Below are positions 26,547 to 36,446 of a DNA stretch of 64,000 nucleotides, piece after piece. Position 1 is the first letter of the stretch. Every line of letters begins with the position of its first letter. The DNA is taken from the IMG/VR virus record IMGVR_UViG_3300022934_000003; one strand, given 5' to 3'. The notes beneath the pieces were generated by a model that did not search any database, had not been told where the DNA came from, and was given only the letters and a program-made list of their open reading frames with translations. The position numbers and the translations under genes were made by a program. Origin of the DNA: a virus.

Positions 26547-29500
26547 TCTTCTGTTTCTGCTTTACCAGATGGATCTTGAGATCTTTGTCTAAAATCTTTT
26601 CTAACCTCGATCGGCTGAACTCTTTTAACTATAATTTCTTTAATTTTATCGGATTTGATTAATTTGCGTAGTTCTTTTTTGACATCACCTTGTGATTTAC
26701 CATCGACATAAAATTTAGGCATGCCCGCAACATCAACACTCCAAGTAGCTTCGTTTACATCTTCTTTTTTCTGCTTTTTATCCATTGCTTGTTTAATAGC
26801 CATTTGAGCTAAATGACGAGCTTTAGACATTGGAGTATGTTTAGCACCTGATTTATCTATAGTAGTACCGCTTTTAACCTTTTTATATGGAGGATCAAAA
26901 GGTACTTTCGATTCTCTTACGCCACCTCTAATTGCTTTCATAGCAAGCTTATGAGTAGCATTATCGATACCTTTTAGACGCTTTTTAATTCTTTTATGAT
27001 CACTAGTAATACCCACATCTCTTGCAGCTGCACGACTATATCTTCCTAATGTTGAAGGATTTAATTCATCTAATTGTTCTGTATCTTCTTTCTTAAATCC
27101 TTTTTTAAACTTATCCATGAAAGTAGGATTCTTAGCTCTTTTTGCATCTCTTAATTTCTTAAGATCATTTGCTCTCTTTTGTTGAACATCAGCAATATGA
27201 TCTTGAGTGCCTTTACTTAATGGAGACCATGCTTCATTTTGATGCTGTTCTGGGTTTCTTAATACCTTTGAAACATGTTGAACATTCTTTTTATCACCAT
27301 GTAATTTAATACTATCACCAGATTGTGGACCTCTCTTAACTACACTATGAGTAACATTGTGTTTTTTCAATAGACGTTTAAAATCTGGATCTGAATGATC
27401 TATATCGTGATGTATTGATTCATCAAATTGTGTATCTTCTTTAGTCAATCTTGATGCTGCTTTCTTAATACCCGTATTTCTTTTTGCTATTTTTGAGTTT
27501 TCAAATCCATGATCTTTATAACCTTTTTTTGCAAAAGCTTTTCTAGTATCTTTCCAAGCTTTTTTATCATCAGTTGCTTTTCCAATATAACTACCAAGTG
27601 TATCTTTTGATAATTCATCAATTTGCTCGACACTTTCCATTGCTTGTGCTTTTCGATATGCATCACCTGATTGTGATGTTCTTCTATCAAATTTTTTGTT
27701 TTGTCTACGTCTAATACCTTGGACTGTTAATGGTTTACCAGATTTTGAGGTTTTATTAACTTTATAGATGTTAGAAGTTTTATCACCATGTACTGCTTTC
27801 ATAAGATCTTTAGAAGCAGCATCAGAGTATTTCATAAGAGTATCTTTTGATAATTCATCAATTTGTTTTTCTTCTTTATTCAATCTTTTAGTTGCTCTAC
27901 CCATACCAGTTAATCTTTTCCCGTATTTTAATTTTTGCTTAGGATCATTACTTGTTAAACTATCAACTGCTGATTTATCAGCTTTTTTTCGATATGATTT
28001 TAATGTATCTTTTGATAATTCGTCGATTTGTTTTTCTTCATTTGCTCTTGCCATACTGACTTTTGCGGCAGCTTGAGCAGGTGAAAGGTTACCGTATGCT
28101 TTTTTAACATAAGGTAAATGTTTCTTTGTAGAAGCTGCAGCATCTTTAGGATTTAAACCTTTTTTAACTAAGTGAGCAATAACTTTTGCATCTTCGTTTA
28201 AATCATATTCAACTGATTCTCTTGCTACTTTTTTATTATGTTTTGCTACAACTTTATGTCCATCTTTACCGTATGCAGCAAAGTGATCTGCTCTTGAAAC
28301 TTTATTAGTAGGTGCTTTAAAACCTGCTTGTCTTTTTAAAGAACGAATACCACCAACAGTACGTTTCAATGATTGATGTACACTTTTATATTTCGTTGAA
28401 CCATCAGGTTGTCTATGTTTTTTCTCTTTAGCATCATCATATCTTTGTAAAAGATCATTTGATAATTCATCAATTTGTGTTTCTTCATTTGCGTGTTTCA
28501 TCATAGATTTGATCGCATCTATTTTAGCACGATCATTAGGCTTTAATTTTGCTTTTGCAGCTCTTTCTCTATCTAATTCTAGATTTTTTTCGCCACTAGC
28601 ATTAGATTCATGCCTCCAAGCATTTGAATATTGAGTACCAGTTTTCTTTGATGCTTTCTTTAAACCAGCTTCTCTTTTCTTATACTTATCATGAGCTTTT
28701 TTACCAAACTTAAGAGCATTAACTATGGCAGAAGTTCTAGCTTTCTTTTCATATCCCGCTAATTTTTCTTTTGATAACTCATCAATTTGCTCTGGTGATA
28801 CTGAATTGGCAAAAGCTTCTGTAGATTCCATTAAATCTACTACTTCATCTTCAACTGATTCATTAACTGTTTTTTTCTTATAAATTTTAAAACGTCCATC
28901 AAATTTAACAGCTCCTTTTGAATCCATCATCATGTGTGGGCGCTTACGAACTCTAGTATCAGCTTTTGAAGCTTCTTCTAAATGTACTTCTTCATTTTTA
29001 GTTTGGCGTGCCATCATAGCTTTACGTCTATCTAATTCTTTTCTCTTAATCTTCGGAAGAAGTTTACGAGCGATTTGGTCTAAACGTTTTTTACTAATCT
29101 TTTCTACTCTCTTATCAATGATTTCTTTTTCTCCAGCAGACATTGTATTATAATTTCTACCTTTAGTAAATCTTTTCTTAAAAAATTTAATAGCAGCTTT
29201 ACGAGCACGTCTTTTAAGTACATCTAAAGAAGCAACTCTCTTTTTCGCTCTTTCTCTACCACGCTTCATTCTAAAACGTGCTCTCCTTGCAGCGATTGAA
29301 CGTTTACGACGAGCCATTCTACTTAAAGCTTCGTCTAATTCTTGCTCTTCTACTATATTTTCTTCTGACATATTCATACCTTTTCTTACTGCTAATAATA
29401 CTTGTTTAGCATTGGGTTTTAATCTATTAGGAAGGCCTTTAGTAAATGCAGTAATGTCGTTTTTAGATGCCAATTCTCTCATCTTAGTACCTGACATGCC

Positions 29501-29998
29501 AGTTACGCCTTCTGCATCTGGATCTCTATCGCCAGATGATACTACTTCTATATTGTCGAATTTAAACTCTTTATTATTATATTTGTTTAATAGAGATTCA
29601 AATTCTTTAATTCTGTCAGAACCAACAACCATTACTAGATTACTATATTTACCAGTTAAATATTTAGTAACTTCGATAATTGTTCTTGCTGGAGATTTTA
29701 CTACAATTTTACCAAATGCTTTTTGAGCAAATTTAATTTTATCATTATATGATAAAGGATTTTTCTTAGCATCTTCTGAATGAGTTAAGAAAATCATAGG
29801 AGTTCCTTTTCTCATTCTAGCTTCTGTAGTAACTTTTCCTACTAACTTTTCATGACCAATAGTAATTGGATTCATTCTACCAAAACTAATTACAGCCGTT
29901 TTCTTTACAGCTTCATCAAGTGTTGGTTTTACGTCAATAATGTTCTTTGGGTTAAAAGACTTAAAACTCTTTTTACCCTTTTTTGGCTTGTCTGCCAT
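26543..29998 (-). CDS. HxGH-type nucleotidyltransferase ('cytidyltransferase') fused to an array of basic repeat modules
   Basis: FGRMNPITIGHEKL, VVGSDR, GDRDPDAEGVTGMSGTKMR; six (I/L)DELS..L..Y...A repeats. Confidence 0.75.
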   Translation of the reverse strand: MADKPKKGKKSFKSFNPKNIIDVKPTLDEAVKKTAVISFGRMNPITIGHEKLVGKVTTEARMRKGTPMIFLTHSEDAKKNPLSYNDKIKFAQKAFGKIVVKSPARTIIEVTKYLTGKYSNLVMVVGSDRIKEFESLLNKYNNKEFKFDNIEVVSSGDRDPDAEGVTGMSGTKMRELASKNDITAFTKGLPNRLKPNAKQVLLAVRKGMNMSEENIVEEQELDEALSRMARRKRSIAARRARFRMKRGRERAKKRVASLDVLKRRARKAAIKFFKKRFTKGRNYNTMSAGEKEIIDKRVEKISKKRLDQIARKLLPKIKRKELDRRKAMMARQTKNEEVHLEEASKADTRVRKRPHMMMDSKGAVKFDGRFKIYKKKTVNESVEDEVVDLMESTEAFANSVSPEQIDELSKEKLAGYEKKARTSAIVNALKFGKKAHDKYKKREAGLKKASKKTGTQYSNAWRHESNASGEKNLELDRERAAKAKLKPNDRAKIDAIKSMMKHANEETQIDELSNDLLQRYDDAKEKKHRQPDGSTKYKSVHQSLKRTVGGIRSLKRQAGFKAPTNKVSRADHFAAYGKDGHKVVAKHNKKVARESVEYDLNEDAKVIAHLVKKGLNPKDAAASTKKHLPYVKKAYGNLSPAQAAAKVSMARANEEKQIDELSKDTLKSYRKKADKSAVDSLTSNDPKQKLKYGKRLTGMGRATKRLNKEEKQIDELSKDTLMKYSDAASKDLMKAVHGDKTSNIYKVNKTSKSGKPLTVQGIRRRQNKKFDRRTSQSGDAYRKAQAMESVEQIDELSKDTLGSYIGKATDDKKAWKDTRKAFAKKGYKDHGFENSKIAKRNTGIKKAASRLTKEDTQFDESIHHDIDHSDPDFKRLLKKHNVTHSVVKRGPQSGDSIKLHGDKKNVQHVSKVLRNPEQHQNEAWSPLSKGTQDHIADVQQKRANDLKKLRDAKRAKNPTFMDKFKKGFKKEDTEQLDELNPSTLGRYSRAAARDVGITSDHKRIKKRLKGIDNATHKLAMKAIRGGVRESKVPFDPPYKKVKSGTTIDKSGAKHTPMSKARHLAQMAIKQAMDKKQKKEDVNEATWSVDVAGMPKFYVDGKSQGDVKKELRKLIKSDKIKEIIVKRVQPIEVRKDFRQRSQDPSGKAETEE
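27040..28795 (-). repeat. dispersed intragenic repeats encoding Q(I/L)DELSKDTL.xY..KA
   Basis: tatcttttgataattcatcaatttg at ~27601 and ~27841; variants at ~28006, ~28461, ~28771, ~27061. Confidence 0.85.
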
Positions 29999-30032
29999 GA
30001 TAAAATCCTAAAATAATTATTGTTAGTTACTG

Positions 30033-30743
30033 TTATTTATAATTTTCCTGAAAGGAAGGTATAAAATTATAGTTTCTATATGCTGATCCACCCCAGATTG
30101 TTGATTCTCTTAACCAACCAATTGCAGGCGTAGGTGACATTATTCCTAATGGAACTCTAGTACTTCTTTGTCCCATAATAAAATAAGCATTATCAACTGC
30201 ACTCATAACACCTCTTGCTTCTATTTCGTTTACAAGAAACTGCGCAGTATTTTTAGTCATTGCATATGCATGCGCACCTTCATGACCACGAATAGGAATA
30301 ATTTCAGTAGGAAGGCCTGCTGCAACATGATCATATCTTTCTATATCTGGCATTTTATAACCAAGAGTTACAATCATATTTTCAGGAATAGGAATAGTTA
30401 TTGGTTGAAGCATTATTGCATCATGTTCTAATACAATACCAATATCATCTGGACCTTCTGCAATTTTTTTCCATATTGCGGCATGTCCAGCACTACAAGC
30501 ATTTGCTTTTTGAGCAGCATTTGGATTTTCTATATAACGATAAGCTTCATTAAATTGAGTTTTAATACCTGTTAATCCCCATGCTGCAGCACCGGTCATA
30601 TTTTGGTATCCATTAAAATATTCCCAGTTTAATCCTACTTTATCACAAGAGTCTGCACATGTTTTAGCATACTCATTTGAAATAGGTGTATCAATTTTAA
30701 GAATGTAAGCTTTCATATATTTCAAAGTCTTTAGTAAATGCAT
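30033..30743 (-). CDS. GT25-like glycosyltransferase (likely start MKAYIL)
   Basis: ACSAGHAAIWK, VLEHDA, GAHAYAM..TAQFL. Confidence 0.7.
   Translation of the reverse strand: MHLLKTLKYMKAYILKIDTPISNEYAKTCADSCDKVGLNWEYFNGYQNMTGAAAWGLTGIKTQFNEAYRYIENPNAAQKANACSAGHAAIWKKIAEGPDDIGIVLEHDAIMLQPITIPIPENMIVTLGYKMPDIERYDHVAAGLPTEIIPIRGHEGAHAYAMTKNTAQFLVNEIEARGVMSAVDNAYFIMGQRSTRVPLGIMSPTPAIGWLRESTIWGGSAYRNYNFIPSFQENYK
30034..30041 (-). promoter_or_regulatory. T4 late promoter TATAAATA overlapping upstream gene end
   Basis: tatttata. Confidence 0.7.
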
Positions 30744-31356
30744 TTCTTAAATCACTCATAGACTGATCATCAAATACAATTTCATTATCTCTATTTTTTC
30801 TATAACCATTTTTATGATTAGTTAATGGATACTTAACAGGCAAATGTAATTCATTCATAAGATTATTTAATTCATCATTTATGTTTTCATATAACCAATA
30901 ATTACCAATAATTTCTTCGTTTATAGAAAGAATATCTGTTTGTTTAATAGCAGAGTTTGGTTCTCCAATAAATGAACCATTTGAAGTCCAGGCTTTATAT
31001 TCATCTAATGATGCAGGTGAATGCCTACCTTTCCAGTTTTTATAGAAATAATAAAAGCTTTTTTGTCTATCAACTGGATCTCTTATAACAGCAAATGATT
31101 TATATGTTTTTGCTTGTTCTTCTGTTATAATTTCATTATTAACTAAATCTTCTAATGTAAAATGATAATATTTAAAATTAATTTTATACTTATTAATAAT
31201 ATCTGGATTTAACGTTCCAGGAATATTAGAATCTTCTACTGGAGTATAAATCGCGTAATCATCAGGAATATTTTTAATAAAAAATTCTGATAAACTACTA
31301 CTTGCTGTTTTAGGTGTTCTTAAAAATATTAATTTATATTTGTGTGATATATACAT
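30697..31356 (-). CDS. sulfotransferase family 2
   Basis: HKYKLIFLRTPKTASSS, AVIRDPVDR..SFY, F.KDFE. Confidence 0.8.
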   Translation of the reverse strand: MYISHKYKLIFLRTPKTASSSLSEFFIKNIPDDYAIYTPVEDSNIPGTLNPDIINKYKINFKYYHFTLEDLVNNEIITEEQAKTYKSFAVIRDPVDRQKSFYYFYKNWKGRHSPASLDEYKAWTSNGSFIGEPNSAIKQTDILSINEEIIGNYWLYENINDELNNLMNELHLPVKYPLTNHKNGYRKNRDNEIVFDDQSMSDLRNAFTKDFEIYESLHS

Positions 31357-32018
31357 TATATTCCTCTATCATATGATACACTATTTGCATGGCCTGTGGA
31401 CCCCCATTTGTGGTCTGCATACACTTTATCAGGTCCGTCATAGCGCTTTGCTCCACCAATATAAAATAAAGGGATGAACCAATGTGAAGGCCATATAGTT
31501 AATTTATCTTTCCAATTAACAACATGATTTGCAAGAAATGCATTCCCTGTTGACATCCAAGGTTCTTTAAGATCTTGTGGTTTTAATTTATGAAGTGTAT
31601 CAATTATATGTTTAACAAATTGATTTTCTGGATTAGCAGCCATAATTGGTTGTACAAAGTTTTCTCTACCTTTTTCATTTTCATAACATGTATATGCATG
31701 ATCGTCAGGTGCTACAAATAATTCTGTAGTGTCATTTAAACATTCCATATCTGCTTCAGGCCAAAATCCACCCCGTTCATACAATAATTCATAACGAATT
31801 AAATCGGAAACGCCAGGCCATTTTGCAGTATTATAATAATGTTCTATTAAATGTTGATTATGCCACTTACGAGATTTTAACATTTCATCAGTAAAAATAG
31901 AATACTCCCAGCCTGGATGTTTATCTCTCCAAGTATACATCCATTTTAATGGAGCAGGCTTTGGACCAATCCAAATTTGTGAAAGTTTCTTTTCAATCAT
32001 TATTTTTGAATCCACCAA
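31356..32018 (-). CDS. GT32/OCH1-like glycosyltransferase
   Basis: QIWIG, TWRDKHPGWEY, SDLIRYELLYERGG, EAD. Confidence 0.85.
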   Translation of the reverse strand: MVDSKIMIEKKLSQIWIGPKPAPLKWMYTWRDKHPGWEYSIFTDEMLKSRKWHNQHLIEHYYNTAKWPGVSDLIRYELLYERGGFWPEADMECLNDTTELFVAPDDHAYTCYENEKGRENFVQPIMAANPENQFVKHIIDTLHKLKPQDLKEPWMSTGNAFLANHVVNWKDKLTIWPSHWFIPLFYIGGAKRYDGPDKVYADHKWGSTGHANSVSYDRGI

Positions 32019-32560
32019 ATGAAATCATCTTCGGTGTTCCAAGAGTTTTCTCCGTAAAATTCTGTAACAGCTTTTTGTACTGTAGGAAAGTGAATATCAT
32101 GACCAATAACTCTACCGCCTTCACGGACTTTAGGGTGCCAAGCTTTAATATCTCTTAAGCAACCTTCATATCCATGATCAGCATCAATAAATACAAAATC
32201 GAAATGGCCGTCTGGATATTGTTCTGCGACATTTGTTGTATAATCTTTAATAATAACAGCGTTATCATGATTATGACAAAAGTTTAATAAATCTGTGTAA
32301 TAACGTTTATGATCCCAAGCATGTCCATTTTCGCCTGGTGTCCATTTTTCTGGACCATTATTTTCTGGTTGTGATTCATATAAATCAACACCAACTAAAT
32401 TACATTCAGGACAACGTTTTACCATATTTTTGAAGCTTACACCATCGTGCACTCCAAGTTCAGCGCCTGTTTTATAATTGTTTTCTTTAATGAATCTGAT
32501 GAGAGTGTCCCATCTCCAAATATTGCCACCATCATTACCACGGTCACGAATTATACCCAT
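32000..32560 (-). CDS. class I SAM methyltransferase (Methyltransf_24-like)
   Basis: AELGVHDGVS, FDFVFIDADH, GGRVIGHD. Confidence 0.85.
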   Translation of the reverse strand: MGIIRDRGNDGGNIWRWDTLIRFIKENNYKTGAELGVHDGVSFKNMVKRCPECNLVGVDLYESQPENNGPEKWTPGENGHAWDHKRYYTDLLNFCHNHDNAVIIKDYTTNVAEQYPDGHFDFVFIDADHGYEGCLRDIKAWHPKVREGGRVIGHDIHFPTVQKAVTEFYGENSWNTEDDFIWWIQK

Positions 32561-32590
32561 AATATTTCTCCATTTACAAAATATATTTTT

Positions 32591-32598
32591 TATTTATT
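32591..32598 (-). promoter_or_regulatory. late-promoter variant AATAAATA upstream of the MTase/GT/sulfotransferase cassette
   Basis: tatttatt, intergenic. Confidence 0.5.
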
Positions 32599-32602
32599 GA
32601 GT

Positions 32603-33340
32603 TTAGCCAAGTCCATTTTTAATTAAAATTATATCAAATGCTGAAGTAACACGAGAATTATTACCAGCAGCTTTTGCTCTAACATCAATATCAGATTTTT
32701 CAGATACTGCTACAGGGACACTGAATGGATAGAAATAAGCTCCACCATCTGAAGTTACTTCAAAACTATGCCCAACACGGAAAGTATCTTGACCAAATTG
32801 GCGAATCATCATATCACCTGTTGCTTGCCCGCCACCTTGAACTGAAGAAACCCCTTGTGTAATATATGCCGTACTTCCTGCAGGAACAGTATAAACAGCC
32901 ATTAGTGTTTGACCTTTACCTGCAGTAATACGAGCAACAATTGTTCCGCCAGCTGCGCCTGCTTCAATATCAATATTGCCAGTATTTGTTTCACCACCTG
33001 CAGTACAAAATGCGCGATTTACTCTACGGAATAGTTTAGTACTAAGAGTGTCAGTACCTGAAATTACAATTTCTTCCTCTTGAAAATTATAATCAGAATC
33101 CAAGCCTTGAACTGTAACTGTATGACCTTCGTCTGCTATGTTATTTCTTTTAACGTTCACAACAGCAGGAGTATCTAATGCTGCCCAAGGATACAATGTA
33201 TCATTAATATCCCAAACCGACCCCGTTACATTAATACTTAAAGCAGGAACGGCACCAAACTTGTGGATAAATGAAGTACCTTTAACAAGTCCTCTTGCTA
33301 TATTTAGATGTAAATCTTCACTTGGATAATATTGAGCCAT
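32603..33340 (-). CDS. putative virion structural protein
   Basis: Gly/Thr/beta-rich; IARG, HKFG, GQTLMAVYTVPAG, EKSDIDVR. Confidence 0.6.
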   Translation of the reverse strand: MAQYYPSEDLHLNIARGLVKGTSFIHKFGAVPALSINVTGSVWDINDTLYPWAALDTPAVVNVKRNNIADEGHTVTVQGLDSDYNFQEEEIVISGTDTLSTKLFRRVNRAFCTAGGETNTGNIDIEAGAAGGTIVARITAGKGQTLMAVYTVPAGSTAYITQGVSSVQGGGQATGDMMIRQFGQDTFRVGHSFEVTSDGGAYFYPFSVPVAVSEKSDIDVRAKAAGNNSRVTSAFDIILIKNGLG

Positions 33341-34573
33341 TTATTTTTGCCAACCTTTAATATATTTGTCTGAGAAATTAGCTCTACTAAATCCAAGACG
33401 ATCAACAAGTTTAACTGCGTTTTTACCCATGTGATCGATTGCAACAAAACCTTCTTGTTCTGTTACTTCATAACCATTATCTGTTCTTAAGAACGTTCCT
33501 ATTCTCTTTGCTTTATCTAATTTACTAATAATTATATGTTTAATATCTATAATTAAATTATACAAATCAAACATCATTGTTATCTGAGATGCGGGTGTTT
33601 TTTTGAAATACTCCAAAGTTGCATCACGTTTTGCAAACGAACTTGCCTTACCCTTCTCTGTTTTCTTTTTGTCTGCATCTTTTTGATATACATTATTTAT
33701 ATAGTCCTGTAATTGCTTAACAAATATTCTCGTATTTCCAATTCGTTGGCCTTCTCTAATTTTTGTATTAATAAAAGTTTTAACTCTCATTAATGTATCA
33801 GGATTATCTGAAATACCATTAAATGTTTCTTTTTTAATTTTTCTAAATAACATACCAGCTTCTGAAAGCTTTTTAGTAACAAAAGCAGTTTCTTTTCCAG
33901 TCATTGTAGCATTACCAGAAACATCTTTATAGACAGCATCTACTGACCAGACTCCTTTCGTTTTTTTGAGACCGCTTGCAATCTCTTTTCCAAAAGAAGC
34001 AGACAGTTCTTTAATTGAGTTTCCTGTGTATGTTGTGTGCCATACCACTCCGATCTTGGATCCGAGGATTTCTTTCGCGAGGTCACTATCTTTAGGTACC
34101 GCGTAAACAATCGTATTAGGATGGAAAGTAATATGCGGGACTCCCATAATGTTAACCGTTTTAATATCTTTTTTATCATATAAAAAATCACCTTGTACAA
34201 CTCCTTTAATACCGAGTTTAGGTAGCTCGGCTAAAGCAAGTTTTAATTTAGCATTTAAATCACCATCAGTATCTGCATCTATATCAGCATTTGTTTTATA
34301 TACTTTTGGTACTTTATTAAAAATTGATTTCTTCGCAACAAAGAATTTACCATCTTCAGGATCTGTTCCAGCAAATACTGCAGGAGCACCATCCCATTTA
34401 ACTGTTACATTTACACCAGATTTAGCATTACCTGCCAACATATCTCTTACACTGCGCAAAAAATTAATTGCAGAGCGTGTACCATCAACACCAAGATTCA
34501 GTATAGAATCTTCGAGGTGTTCCATATGTACATTTTTATCTTCTGTTAAATGTTGTTTAAATGTTCTAACCAT
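33341..34573 (-). CDS. ligase/capping-enzyme-fold nucleotidyltransferase-like protein (DUF6267-like) with capsid-targeting-like N-terminus
   Basis: VTVKWDG (motif I), QGDF (III), EGFV (IV), KLV (V); MVRTFKQHLTED. Confidence 0.7.
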   Translation of the reverse strand: MVRTFKQHLTEDKNVHMEHLEDSILNLGVDGTRSAINFLRSVRDMLAGNAKSGVNVTVKWDGAPAVFAGTDPEDGKFFVAKKSIFNKVPKVYKTNADIDADTDGDLNAKLKLALAELPKLGIKGVVQGDFLYDKKDIKTVNIMGVPHITFHPNTIVYAVPKDSDLAKEILGSKIGVVWHTTYTGNSIKELSASFGKEIASGLKKTKGVWSVDAVYKDVSGNATMTGKETAFVTKKLSEAGMLFRKIKKETFNGISDNPDTLMRVKTFINTKIREGQRIGNTRIFVKQLQDYINNVYQKDADKKKTEKGKASSFAKRDATLEYFKKTPASQITMMFDLYNLIIDIKHIIISKLDKAKRIGTFLRTDNGYEVTEQEGFVAIDHMGKNAVKLVDRLGFSRANFSDKYIKGWQK

Positions 34574-34615
34574 TAGTTATATTATAACCTATTTTTATTA
34601 AAAAGTACAACGTTT

Positions 34616-35623
34616 TTAATCTCTTAATTTTATTTTTAAACCTGCGCGCATAGATCCACTAGAAGCTCCACCATATGTTGCTAATGAAAAAGAACTAAAC
34701 TCTGGAAGATCTTTTAAATGCAAAATATTTTGCCCGTATTCAGTATAATAAAATTTAAAAGTATTATTACTTCTATTATTTATTACAAAGTAGTTATCTC
34801 CACCTTCAGCAAAATGACGTAATATTAACTTATGTAATTTTAATAATAATGGTCTACTTGTTGTTGTAAAAAATGGTGGTATTTTACCGGACTTTGGAGC
34901 TCCATCATCTCCAGGAAACCCAAACTCGTTATTTTCTGCTCTAAAATAATCAATAACACTAACAAAATCTTTTTTTACTAATTTAAGTTTATTATGAGTA
35001 GCAAATAATTTTGATATATCATCTATAATTTTTGGAGTTTTTCTAATCCTACTTACCGATTTATCAAAAAATGTAATAGGTGCATTATCACTTCCGGCGC
35101 CTTTAATTTCAAACTGAGTTTTGTGGCCATCGACTTCACATATTAAATCTGGCGCATTAGATCCCGGCCTAGCCATAGAAATAAATTTATAATCATAATC
35201 ATGTTTGAATGCTATATTTTGTACTGCATCAGCAACAGCTTTTTGTGAGGCTGAACCCGAAGCAACTCTATTTTGTGCTCCGCCGGCTGGTTTAATTACA
35301 TGACTAATTAAAATATATCCTTCTACTCTACCTTTATGACTTTTAGTAGAAATGGCGCTATATGTACCTCTTCTAGAAATACCTATATCTAAATTATGAA
35401 CTAATCTAGAAGGATATAAGAAATGAACATGAGAACCTTTATTTAGTTTTCTTATAGGCTGACCATCATCAGTATACAAATATGTATCTTGTGCTAATGG
35501 AAATCCTTTTGCATATTTAAAAGTATTTGCATTTGATGACGGAGCATATACTGTTCTATATCCTGCTCTATTAAAATCTTCATTGCCTTCGCGAGGAAAA
35601 TTCATAGCAGTAAATGTTGCCAT
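34616..35623 (-). CDS. PD-(D/E)xK nuclease-like protein
   Basis: GSNAPDLI...FEIKG. Confidence 0.5.
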   Translation of the reverse strand: MATFTAMNFPREGNEDFNRAGYRTVYAPSSNANTFKYAKGFPLAQDTYLYTDDGQPIRKLNKGSHVHFLYPSRLVHNLDIGISRRGTYSAISTKSHKGRVEGYILISHVIKPAGGAQNRVASGSASQKAVADAVQNIAFKHDYDYKFISMARPGSNAPDLICEVDGHKTQFEIKGAGSDNAPITFFDKSVSRIRKTPKIIDDISKLFATHNKLKLVKKDFVSVIDYFRAENNEFGFPGDDGAPKSGKIPPFFTTTSRPLLLKLHKLILRHFAEGGDNYFVINNRSNNTFKFYYTEYGQNILHLKDLPEFSSFSLATYGGASSGSMRAGLKIKLRD

Positions 35624-35624
35624 T

Positions 35625-36446
35625 TTACTTGCTCATCATTTGATTAAATATTTCTTCTACATCTTTTGGATTATCTAAAGATAATGGAGATTTACCACCT
35701 TTTACTTTTAGACTAGCAATTGCTCTGATTTGAGATGATCTTTGTGTTGGATATGCTTTAGTTCCGCCAGAACCAGAACGAGTCAAGCGAACATAAATTT
35801 CTATATCTGCTTTAAGTTGTGGAATTTTTAAACCTAATGGATTTTTTTGTAAATAGAACATACCCAATTTACCAATTTGAATATAATAACATTTTTTTCT
35901 TGCATACCAATCATGAATAAATTTAGTATTATATTTAACTATAGTATTGATAGGTTTGAGTAAACCTTTTTTCTGTAATATTGCCCAAGCTTCTTTTGTT
36001 GTTTTGAATGGAACTTCGTATACGCCAGCTTGCTTATGTAGCTCAATTGGCTCTAGCGTTTTCATTTGCTTGATATAATTTCTGATAGGTCTTTCTTTTG
36101 ACTTAACAGCATTGATAATCATTTCTTGTACATCATCTTCAAGATCTTCACCTGCTTTTGAAAGTCCGTATGGTTTTCCTTTATTAATCTTAACAGATGG
36201 TCCGCCCATTTGAGCATCTTTATCCATTTTAATTTCTACAGGAACATCTTTACCATCTAAAGTAAGGTACATATCTACTACATTAGAAGCAAATCCACCA
36301 GCATTGTCTGGTTTAAGAGTAATACGTTTATCTTTTGAAAACGCTCTGTTTTTTAAAGTTTGAATTACAGACTTACGTACTTTTGCTTCATACGCAAGAC
36401 CGCCTACGCCAACTGTTTCATTGATATATTTTTTAAAACCCTTCAT
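35625..36446 (-). CDS. PD-(D/E)xK nuclease-like protein with capsid-targeting-like N-terminus
   Basis: MKGFKKYINE; GLAYEAKV, VDMYL...VEIKM, YYIQIG..GMFY. Confidence 0.55.
   Translation of the reverse strand: MKGFKKYINETVGVGGLAYEAKVRKSVIQTLKNRAFSKDKRITLKPDNAGGFASNVVDMYLTLDGKDVPVEIKMDKDAQMGGPSVKINKGKPYGLSKAGEDLEDDVQEMIINAVKSKERPIRNYIKQMKTLEPIELHKQAGVYEVPFKTTKEAWAILQKKGLLKPINTIVKYNTKFIHDWYARKKCYYIQIGKLGMFYLQKNPLGLKIPQLKADIEIYVRLTRSGSGGTKAYPTQRSSQIRAIASLKVKGGKSPLSLDNPKDVEEIFNQMMSK

Noticed and set aside
27040-28795. CRISPR-like array
   Set aside because: Repeats are in-frame, degenerate at third positions and irregularly spaced by 165-500 bp
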